Below are positions 56,541 to 64,000 of a stretch of DNA of 64,000 nt, piece after piece. The position numbers and the translations under genes are program-made. The notes under the pieces are model-generated. The model had not been told where the DNA came from and made no database searches. It saw nothing but the letters and a program-made list of their open reading frames with translations. Numbering within the stretch: the stretch's first letter is position 1; every line of letters begins with the position of its first letter. This DNA is from Gammaproteobacteria bacterium (lineage in GTDB: Bacteria > Pseudomonadota > Gammaproteobacteria > Arenicellales > JAANXG01), in NCBI GenBank assembly GCA_024639325.1, contig JAHEIO010000001.1:54404-118403 (forward strand). Reading direction: 5' to 3'.

Positions 56541-58507
56541 CTCCGAACGGCCGATTTATTGGCGCCGCCTGCATAATCGGGTGGTTGTCCGTGCTAAGCG
56601 ATTCGCCGGTCTACGCCGATATCAGCGTCAGCCACGGTATCGCGATGCATGGAGAGCCGAAGTACGATGACGGTTTTTCCCATTTCGACTACGTCAATCC
56701 GCGGGCACCCAAGGGCGGTGAATTGAGGCTGGCAAGTCAAGGGACCTTCGACAGCTTTCACGCTTATATTCCCAAGGGCAATCCCGCTGCCACCGGCTCC
56801 GTCGAGACCCTGCTGACTTCCAGCGCCGACGAACCGTTCACCGAGTACGGGTTGATAGCCGAGACCATCGAGTATCCCGAGGATCGTTCGTGGGTCATAT
56901 TCAATCTGAGACCGGAAGCGCGCTGGCACGACGGCGTGCCCATCACCGCCGACGATGTGGTGTGGTCGTTCGAAACCCTGACCACCATGGGGCCGCCATC
57001 CTACCGATTTTATTACGGCGGGGTCGAATCCGCCGAGGTGCTCGGCGAACGCCGCGTCAAATTCACCTTCAGCGAAAAAAATAACCGCGAGCTGCCCCTT
57101 ATCGTGGGGCAGCTGCCGATTCTTCCAAAACACTATTGGCAGGGCCGGGACTTTCAAAAGACAACGCTGGACCCGCCGCTGGGAAGCGGACCCTACAGAA
57201 TCGCCGGATTCGAGGCCGGCCGCTATTATATTCAGGAACGGGTCAAAGATTACTGGGGCACGGACCTGCCCGTGAACGTGGGCATGCATAACTTCGATCG
57301 CATCCGGATCGATTTTTATAGGGACGATACCGCAATTCGCCTCGCGCTCAAATCCGGCGTCGTCGATTTTCGCTCGGAGAATCAGGCCAAGGCGTGGGCG
57401 CTCGATTTCAACGTGCCGTCGGTGGAAAAGGGCTGGCTGAGAAAGGAGCTGATCCGCAACCAGCGGCCGACCGGCATGCAGGGTTTCGTCATGAACAGCC
57501 GACGCGCGGTGTTCAGCGATGCCAAGGTGCGGGACGCGCTGGCGTACGCGTTCGATTTCCAGTGGACCAACAAGAATCTGTTCTTCAGCCAGTACACACG
57601 AACCGAGAGTTACTTTTCGAATTCGGAGCTCGCGTCTCGCGGGCTGCCCGAAGGGGAGGAGCTCGAGATTCTGGAGGCTTACCGTGGGCGTATACCCGAG
57701 CGGGTATTCACATCGCCGTTCCGCGCGCCCGCCACCGACGGCAGCGGCTGGGCCAGGGAAAATTTGCGCACCGCCTTCGCGCTGCTCGAAGAGGCCGGTT
57801 GGGAGGTGCGTGATATGAAACTCGTCGATACCGGGGGCGGTGAACAAATGTCGTTCGAGATCCTGCTGGTGAGCCCCGCATTCGAGCGCATCGTACTGCC
57901 GTTCACACGGAACCTTCGTCGACTCGGTATCGATGTCAGCGTGCGTCTCGTGGACCAGACGCAGTACATCAACCGGCTGCGCAGTTTCGACTACGACATG
58001 TTCATCTTTACCTGGGGCCAGTCGGAATCTCCGGGGAACGAGCAGCGAAACTTCTGGAGTTCCGCCGCCGCCGACAACCCGAGCAGCCGAAACTTCGCCG
58101 GCATCCGGGATCCGGTCGTGGATGAGTTGATAGAGCTCGTCATTTCGGCGCCGTCAAGGGAAAGCCTGGTGGCCCGGACGCGTGCGCTGGACCGCGTACT
58201 GCTGTCCGGTCATTACGTCATACCCAACTGGCACATCAGATCCGATCGGGTACTTTACTGGGACAAGTTTTCGCGTCCATCGAGGCCGGTCCGGGATGGC
58301 GTAATGGTCCAGCGCTGGTGGTTCGACGCCGAGAAGGCAGCGCGGCTCGAGCAGGCGAAGAATACCGATGCATCGCTGTTGGACCGCGGCGCCGATGGTG
58401 AGGACCGATGGGGCCTTGGGTGGGTGCTGGCGGCGCTGGCCGGCATGCTGTTGATCGGCTGGTTCGTGTTCCGGCGTGCCTGGCACTCGACGGGCGCCAA
58501 GGTATGA
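56537..58507 (+). CDS. yejA: family-5 ABC substrate-binding protein, YejA (microcin C/peptide uptake) type
   Basis: 656 aa. The N-terminal block is HGIAMHGEPKY...FDYVNPRAPKGGELRL. It is followed by yejB/E/F-type genes. An extra C-terminal TM segment is present. Confidence 0.7.
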   Translation: MTPNGRFIGAACIIGWLSVLSDSPVYADISVSHGIAMHGEPKYDDGFSHFDYVNPRAPKGGELRLASQGTFDSFHAYIPKGNPAATGSVETLLTSSADEPFTEYGLIAETIEYPEDRSWVIFNLRPEARWHDGVPITADDVVWSFETLTTMGPPSYRFYYGGVESAEVLGERRVKFTFSEKNNRELPLIVGQLPILPKHYWQGRDFQKTTLDPPLGSGPYRIAGFEAGRYYIQERVKDYWGTDLPVNVGMHNFDRIRIDFYRDDTAIRLALKSGVVDFRSENQAKAWALDFNVPSVEKGWLRKELIRNQRPTGMQGFVMNSRRAVFSDAKVRDALAYAFDFQWTNKNLFFSQYTRTESYFSNSELASRGLPEGEELEILEAYRGRIPERVFTSPFRAPATDGSGWARENLRTAFALLEEAGWEVRDMKLVDTGGGEQMSFEILLVSPAFERIVLPFTRNLRRLGIDVSVRLVDQTQYINRLRSFDYDMFIFTWGQSESPGNEQRNFWSSAAADNPSSRNFAGIRDPVVDELIELVISAPSRESLVARTRALDRVLLSGHYVIPNWHIRSDRVLYWDKFSRPSRPVRDGVMVQRWWFDAEKAARLEQAKNTDASLLDRGADGEDRWGLGWVLAALAGMLLIGWFVFRRAWHSTGAKV

Positions 58508-59604
58508 CGGCCTACATCGTTCGCCGGCTGCTGCTGATGATCCCGACGCTGTTCGCGATCATGGTGATCAATTTCGTGGTGATCCACGTGGCCCCCGGTG
58601 GCCCCGTCGAGCAGATCATCGCACAGATAACGGGCGAGGGTGCCGACATCACCGAGCGCGTCACCCGCAGCGGAACCGGGGAGACCACGGTCAGGGTGGA
58701 CCCGGGACTGGCAACGACCAGCAAGTACCGCGGTGCGCAGGGGCTCGACCCCGAATTCATAGCGGAGCTGGAAAAGCGTTTCGGCTTCGACAAGCCGCTG
58801 CACGAGCGGTTCTTCGGAATGATGAAGAACTACCTCGTGTTCGACTTCGGTGACAGCTTCTTCCGGGACCGCAGGGTGGTGGACCTGGTGCTGGACAAGA
58901 TGCCGGTGTCGATCTCGCTTGGACTCTGGACGACACTCCTCGTTTACCTAATATGCATTCCGCTGGGCATCGCCAAGGCCGGCCGGGACGGCAGCCGATT
59001 CGACGTCTGGACCAGTGTCGTGATCGTCATCGGCACCGCGATACCGAGCTTCCTGCTGGCGGTGTTCCTTCTGATCCTGTTCGCCGGCGGCAGCTACCTG
59101 GACTGGTTCCCCCTCGGCGGGCTGGTATCCGAAAACTGGTCGGAGTTGTCCTGGCCGGATCGAATACTGGACTATTTCTGGCACCTTGCCCTGCCGATCA
59201 TCGCCATGACCATCGGTGGTTTCGCCACCTTGACCATGCTGACCAAGAACTCCTTCCTCGACCAGATCCATCAGCAGTACGTCTTAACGGCCCGGGCCAA
59301 GGGGCTCAGCGAAAGGCGCGTCATGTATGGACATGTGTTTCGCAACGCAATGCTGATCGTAATTGCAGGTTTTCCGGGCGCTTTCGTCGGTATCCTTTTC
59401 ACGGGATCGCTGCTCATCGAGATCATCTTTTCTCTGGACGGACTGGGTCTGCTTGGGTTCGAGGCGGCGTTCAATCGTGACTATCCGGTCATGTTTGCGA
59501 CGCTCTACTTCTTTTCACTATTGGGTCTTTTGATGAATCTGCTGGGCGATCTCATGTACACCATCATCGATCCCCGCATCGATTTCGAGGCTCGAGGGGC
59601 ATGA
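58504..59604 (+). CDS. yejB: ABC permease (YejB-like)
   Basis: ATG 58504 overlaps the yejA stop (ATGA). It begins MTAYIVRRLLLMIPTLFAIMVINF, the DppB/OppB-type start. Confidence 0.8.
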   Translation: MTAYIVRRLLLMIPTLFAIMVINFVVIHVAPGGPVEQIIAQITGEGADITERVTRSGTGETTVRVDPGLATTSKYRGAQGLDPEFIAELEKRFGFDKPLHERFFGMMKNYLVFDFGDSFFRDRRVVDLVLDKMPVSISLGLWTTLLVYLICIPLGIAKAGRDGSRFDVWTSVVIVIGTAIPSFLLAVFLLILFAGGSYLDWFPLGGLVSENWSELSWPDRILDYFWHLALPIIAMTIGGFATLTMLTKNSFLDQIHQQYVLTARAKGLSERRVMYGHVFRNAMLIVIAGFPGAFVGILFTGSLLIEIIFSLDGLGLLGFEAAFNRDYPVMFATLYFFSLLGLLMNLLGDLMYTIIDPRIDFEARGA

Positions 59605-60632
59605 CGCTGTCACCGCTGACACATAGAAGAATCGAAAGCTTCAAGTCGAACAGGCGCGGCTACTGGTCGATGTGGATATTCCTGGTGCTTTTCCTGTTCA
59701 CTCTTTTTGCCGAATTCGTCGCCAACGACAGGCCGTTCCTGGTCTATTTCAAGGGCGATTTTTACAGCCCGGTTATCAACGCCTATCCGGAGACCACCTT
59801 CGGTGGGGAGTTCGAAACCGAAGCGGACTATCGAGATCCCTATGCCGCTAACCTGATCAGCCGTGACGGCTGGATGCTGTGGCCCCTGATCCGCTACGAT
59901 CATCAGACCGTGGCGTGGGATCTGCCCGTTCCCGCCCCCTCGCCTCCCGACGGAGAGCACTGGCTCGGTACGGATGACCAGGCCCGGGATGTGACGGCGA
60001 GACTGATCTATGGTTTCAGGATATCGGTTCTTTTCGGGTTCATCCTGACCCTGGTGAGCGCGGCCATAGGCGTCGCGGCCGGTGCCTTACAGGGCTACTT
60101 CGGCGGCTGGCTGGATCTCATCTTTCAACGATTCATCGAGGTCTGGTCGGGACTGCCCACACTCTATCTGCTGATCATCCTCGCCAGTATCGTCGAACCC
60201 AATTTCTGGTGGTTGCTGGGTCTACTGCTGCTGTTCAGCTGGATGGGATTCGTCGGGGTGGTACGCGCCGAGTTCCTGCGCGCCCGGAATTTTGACTATG
60301 TCAGGGCCGCCCGCGCCCTGGGAGTGAGTGATTTTACGATCATCTTCCGGCACGTGCTTCCCAATGCGATGGTCGCGACGCTGACCTTCATGCCCTTTAC
60401 ACTGGCCGGATCCGTGACCGTCCTGACCTCGCTGGATTTTCTGGGCATCGGCCTGCCCCCGGGATCGGCGTCACTGGGCGAATTGCTTGCCCAGGGCAAG
60501 GCAAACCTGCAGGCACCCTGGCTGGGGTTGACCGGATTTTTTGTGATCGCGCTGATGCTGAGCCTGCTGATCTTCTTCGGCGAGGCGGTCCGCGATGCAT
60601 TCGATCCGCGCAAGACGCTGGCCGATCGATGA
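59601..60632 (+). CDS. yejE: ABC permease (YejE-like)
   Basis: 343 aa DppC/OppC-type permease. It has HWLGTDDQARDV and overlaps yejB by 4 nt. Confidence 0.8.
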   Translation: MTLSPLTHRRIESFKSNRRGYWSMWIFLVLFLFTLFAEFVANDRPFLVYFKGDFYSPVINAYPETTFGGEFETEADYRDPYAANLISRDGWMLWPLIRYDHQTVAWDLPVPAPSPPDGEHWLGTDDQARDVTARLIYGFRISVLFGFILTLVSAAIGVAAGALQGYFGGWLDLIFQRFIEVWSGLPTLYLLIILASIVEPNFWWLLGLLLLFSWMGFVGVVRAEFLRARNFDYVRAARALGVSDFTIIFRHVLPNAMVATLTFMPFTLAGSVTVLTSLDFLGIGLPPGSASLGELLAQGKANLQAPWLGLTGFFVIALMLSLLIFFGEAVRDAFDPRKTLADR

Positions 60633-62269
60633 GCCCGGAGCCGAACAAAGCGCTGCTCGAGATCGACGACCTGGCGGTCGGTTTCCACTCCGCGCAAGGG
60701 GACTCGCTGGCGGTCAGAGATCTCACCCTGCGCATCGATCACGGTGAAACCGTGGCGCTGGTCGGTGAGAGCGGGTCCGGAAAATCCGTAACGGCCCTTT
60801 CCATCATGCAGCTGCTTCCCTACCCATCGGCGTTTCATCCCGGCGGCAGCATCCGGTTCCAGGGTATGCAGCTCATCGGTGCGGACAACGCGCGCCTGCA
60901 AAAGGTGCGCGGTGATGGAATAGGCATGATTTTCCAGGAGCCGATGACGTCGCTTAATCCGCTGCATACGGTCGAGAAGCAGATCAACGAGACTCTGATC
61001 CTGCACAAGGGCCTGGACCCATCCGCGGCCAGGATCCGCACGCTCGAACTGCTGGATCGCGTTCGTATCAATGATCCGGAGAGCCGCCTGGAATCCTACC
61101 CTCACCAGCTTTCCGGCGGTCAGCGACAGAGAGTAATGATAGCCATGGCGCTCGCCAACGAACCGGATCTGCTGATTGCGGATGAGCCAACGACAGCCCT
61201 GGATGTCACCATCCAGGCGCAAATCCTAAAACTGCTCAACGAGCTTCGGCAGGAGCTCAGGATGTCCATGCTGCTGATTACGCATGATCTCGGAATCGTC
61301 AGGAAAATCGCCGACCGCGTGTGCGTGATGCGAAACGGGGAAATTGTCGAGCGTGGCGAGGCTGAGCAGGTTTTCAACCGGCCCCGACACGGTTACACCC
61401 GCGAACTCCTTGGCGCCGAACCCGGAGAGCGCGTCCCGCCGCCCGATGATAAAGCGGCCGAGGTCATGCGCGCTGAAAACGTGCGCGTCTGGTTCCCGGT
61501 GCGAAGAGGTGTAATGCGACGAACGGTCGACCACATCAAGGCCGTGGACGACGTGTCACTCGCTATCCGTGAAGGTCGTACCGTTGGCGTGGTGGGGGAG
61601 AGCGGGTCCGGAAAGACAACACTGGGTCTGGCCCTGCTCAGGCTGATCAGCAGCCGGGGTGCAATATGGTTCGATGGCAAAGGCATAGATCGGGTTCGTG
61701 CCAGCCGTCTAAAACCCGAACGCAAACACATGCAGATCGTATTTCAGGATCCTTACGGGAGCCTGAGTCCGCGCATGTCCGTGGGTCAGATCATTGCCGA
61801 GGGTCTGGAGGCGCACGGCCTCGTGCCCTCGGTCTCCGAGCGGAACGACCTTGTCGTGGCTGCGCTGCAGGAGGTCGAATTGGACCCTGCGTTCCGCTTC
61901 CGCTATCCGCACGAATTTTCCGGCGGTCAACGGCAGCGTATCGCCATTGCCCGGGCGGTGATACTCAAGCCGAAGCTGATGGTGCTGGACGAGCCGACGT
62001 CGGCGCTGGATCGCTCGGTACAGGTGCAGATCATCGAGCTGCTCACCAGGCTTCAGCAGGAACACGGCCTGGCATACATGTTCATAAGCCACGATCTGCG
62101 CATCGTCAGGGCGCTGAGCGACGACCTCGTCGTATTGCGACAGGGCCGGGTCGTCGAGCAGGGGCCGGCGAATGATATCTTCGAGAATCCCCGGCAGCCT
62201 TACACGCGAGCGCTGCTCAAGGCCGCGTTTGATCTCGAGGCGGTGGAAAGCGCCGACATGGCCCAATGA
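60629..62269 (+). CDS. yejF: double-cassette ABC ATPase (YejF-like)
   Basis: 546 aa. It has two Walker A motifs ([16 protein letters not shown]) and two LSGGQRQR signatures. Confidence 0.85.
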   Translation: MSPEPNKALLEIDDLAVGFHSAQGDSLAVRDLTLRIDHGETVALVGESGSGKSVTALSIMQLLPYPSAFHPGGSIRFQGMQLIGADNARLQKVRGDGIGMIFQEPMTSLNPLHTVEKQINETLILHKGLDPSAARIRTLELLDRVRINDPESRLESYPHQLSGGQRQRVMIAMALANEPDLLIADEPTTALDVTIQAQILKLLNELRQELRMSMLLITHDLGIVRKIADRVCVMRNGEIVERGEAEQVFNRPRHGYTRELLGAEPGERVPPPDDKAAEVMRAENVRVWFPVRRGVMRRTVDHIKAVDDVSLAIREGRTVGVVGESGSGKTTLGLALLRLISSRGAIWFDGKGIDRVRASRLKPERKHMQIVFQDPYGSLSPRMSVGQIIAEGLEAHGLVPSVSERNDLVVAALQEVELDPAFRFRYPHEFSGGQRQRIAIARAVILKPKLMVLDEPTSALDRSVQVQIIELLTRLQQEHGLAYMFISHDLRIVRALSDDLVVLRQGRVVEQGPANDIFENPRQPYTRALLKAAFDLEAVESADMAQ

Positions 62270-62345
62270 AATACGACTAAACCACCGTACGCAAGGATCT
62301 ACGCCTCGGCTAAAAGATGCGCTATGGTGTTACAACGACGGCGGA

Positions 62346-63485
62346 ATGTTGACGGGAGACGGGCGGAAAGTGGCGCCAGCGAGGGAAAAAGTGGATACGG
62401 TTGTTGTCGGGGCCGGTGTTGTGGGTCTGGCGATCGCACGAGCACTCGCCCACCGCGACCACGAAGTTGTCGTGCTCGAGTCAGCCGCGCAGATCGGCAG
62501 CGGCATCAGCTCCAGAAACAGTGAGGTCATTCACGCTGGTATTTACTATCCTCGAAACACTCTGAAGGCGCGACTGTGCGTCGATGGGAAACACGCTCTG
62601 TACGCGTATTGTGCGGATTACGGTATCCCCCATGAGCGCTGTGGCAAGCTCATCGTCGCCGTGTCCGAAGACGAAAAAGAGTTCCTCGACGGCATGCAAG
62701 ACAGAGCCAGGAACAACGGTGTCGACGACCTGCGGGTTCTGACACGGGCCGAGGTATCGGCAATGGAACCCGAGATCGAGTGTGCAGCAGCGCTGTTGTC
62801 GCCCTCCACGGGTATTGTCGACGGCCACGCGTTGATGTTGTCGTTGACGGGCGACATCGAAAATGCCGCGGGATCCGTGATCCCCGCCACGGCGGTGACC
62901 GGGATCCAGCCGGTAGACGGCGGGTTAATCGTCTTCACCGATGAATCGTTGGACATGGAGCTGGCGGCAAATCTGGTCGTGATCGCGGCCGGTCTGGGTT
63001 CCTGGAAAATGGCGGCGCATACCGAAGGATTTCCCGGTAAACTGATTCCACCCAAGTATTATTGCAAGGGAAGCTATTTCGTTTTGCAGGGTGCGCGTCC
63101 CTTCTCGCGGTTGATCTACCCTGTCCCCGAGAAACACGGGCTGGGGATACATGCCACCCTGGACCTGAACGGATCTGTGCGATTCGGTCCGGACACCGAG
63201 TGGGTGGAAAACGAGGATTATCAAGTGGATGCATCCAGGGCCGAGGTTTTTTACCGGGCCATACGCAGGTATTACCCCGGTGTTGGAGACGATCGCCTTT
63301 CTCCCGGATACGCGGGGATTCGTCCGAAGACCTCGGGTCCCGCGGGCGGGGGACAGGATTTTCAGATCCTGGGACCACGGGCACACGGAATTCCGGGTTT
63401 GGTCGCGCTGTTCGGGATCGAGAGTCCGGGCCTGACCTCGTGTCTGTCCATTGCGGCGTACACGACCGAACTGCTGGGAGCCTGA
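62346..63485 (+). CDS. FAD-dependent oxidoreductase, L-2-hydroxyglutarate oxidase/dehydrogenase-like (DAO family)
   Basis: It has VVVGAGVVGLAIARAL and the SSRNSEVIHAGIYY motif typical of LhgO-type enzymes. The start ATG 62346 was chosen inside the longer track ORF. Confidence 0.55.
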   Translation: MLTGDGRKVAPAREKVDTVVVGAGVVGLAIARALAHRDHEVVVLESAAQIGSGISSRNSEVIHAGIYYPRNTLKARLCVDGKHALYAYCADYGIPHERCGKLIVAVSEDEKEFLDGMQDRARNNGVDDLRVLTRAEVSAMEPEIECAAALLSPSTGIVDGHALMLSLTGDIENAAGSVIPATAVTGIQPVDGGLIVFTDESLDMELAANLVVIAAGLGSWKMAAHTEGFPGKLIPPKYYCKGSYFVLQGARPFSRLIYPVPEKHGLGIHATLDLNGSVRFGPDTEWVENEDYQVDASRAEVFYRAIRRYYPGVGDDRLSPGYAGIRPKTSGPAGGGQDFQILGPRAHGIPGLVALFGIESPGLTSCLSIAAYTTELLGA

Positions 63486-63509
63486 CGACAAATTGAGGCG
63501 GTGGACGAA

Positions 63510-63677
63510 ATGACTACTTCAGAATATCCCAAGAAAAAGATCGAAGTACGTGGCAAGTCGATGGCTTATGTCGAGATGGGCGAATGCGCCGTCGACGCCG
63601 CAACCGGTTATCATCGACCGCGTCGGATAGGGTGCCCGACGGCAAAATCCGGATGTTTGTTGGCAAATCAGGACTGA
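63510..63677 (+). pseudogene. relic of a haloalkane-dehalogenase-like alpha/beta-hydrolase gene (N-terminal ~25 codons only)
   Basis: My translation is MTTSEYPKKKIEVRGKSMAYVEMGE, followed by unrelated sequence and a stop. It matches the KK.IE..G..MAY...G N-terminus of LinB/DmbA-type dehalogenases. The expected HGNPTSSYLWR block is absent in all frames. Confidence 0.4.
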
Positions 63678-63750
63678 ACCACTATCATCGCCACGAGTTG
63701 ATTTGTTTGCAAATAGCACCCACCACCCTTTTGTATCAGGAGAATTAGCA

Positions 63751-64000
63751 ATGAACAAAGTCATACTGGCCGCGGTTGTGTCCACGGTGATGTCAACCGC
63801 CGTGGCCGCCGACGACATGAAGGTCGGCGTCATTCTCGGATTTACCGGCCCGATCGAATCGCTCACCCCCGGGATGGCCGATTCCGCCGAACTCGCTATG
63901 AAGGAAGCGTCGGATTCCGGCAAGTTTCTCGGCGGCAAGAAGGTCATGCCAGTGCGTGCCGATTCCACCTGTGTGGACTCTGCTGCCGCCAGCGCGGCGG
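63751..64000 (+). CDS. Leu/Ile/Val-binding-type ABC substrate-binding protein, 5' part; runs off the window edge
   Basis: Absent from the ORF track because it is open-ended. An AGGAGA Shine-Dalgarno precedes ATG 63751. The translation is MNKVILAAVVSTVMSTAVAADDMKVGVILGFTGPIESLTPGMADSAELAMKEA, which gives a signal peptide plus a Liv-type start. Confidence 0.7.
   Translation, partial: MNKVILAAVVSTVMSTAVAADDMKVGVILGFTGPIESLTPGMADSAELAMKEASDSGKFLGGKKVMPVRADSTCVDSAAASAA

Noticed and set aside
63519-63968. A 149-aa minus-strand ORF lies at the right end of the window.
   Set aside because: It lies opposite a plus-strand gene that has a strong Shine-Dalgarno, a signal peptide and a Liv-type binding-protein N-terminus. 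The translation is featureless.
1-64000. I scanned the window for CRISPR arrays, rRNA genes, transposases or integrases, toxin-antitoxin pairs and known defence-system genes.
   Set aside because: I saw no regularly spaced direct repeats, no rRNA-like segments and no ORFs with recombinase, nuclease or defence hallmarks. Apart from the repeats listed, the window looks like stable chromosome.

Overview
This is a 64-kb chromosomal segment, roughly 58-60% GC by eye, from a Gammaproteobacterium. No searches were run; every call rests on motifs and gene order I recognise. Gene order is Pseudomonas-like: hemC-algR-algZ next to argH-lptM-lysA, then hemA-prfA-prmC, then TPR-lolB-tRNA(Gln)-prs-rplY-pth-ychF-tRNA(Met)-folD. 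Coding density is high and most genes are housekeeping.

Accessory content:
- a zeaxanthin-type carotenoid cluster in two convergently oriented groups (crtY-crtI-crtB on the + strand; crtE-crtZ plus a fatty-acid-hydroxylase gene and a cupin gene on the - strand);
- a GT2/GtrA plus GT-C glycosyltransferase pair, and an ABC-2 exporter;
- a trimethylamine-monooxygenase-type FMO next to a Liv-type ABC importer with a Tat-signal binding protein;
- a four-gene Na+-translocating acyl-CoA decarboxylase operon;
- a CYTH-like/CHAD protein translationally coupled to an orphan ParA ATPase;
- yejABEF preceded by a mini-secretin-like gene.

No rRNA, CRISPR array, transposase, integrase or obvious defence genes were seen.

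Most interesting observations:
1. The CHAD-ParA pair, a candidate polyphosphate-granule positioning module.
2. A dispersed intergenic repeat family of about 175-230 bp that I cannot name (two full copies plus a 23-nt fragment).
3. A promoter, C-rich hairpin and intrinsic terminator unit (candidate sRNA or attenuator) upstream of two tandem AlgZ-type kinases.
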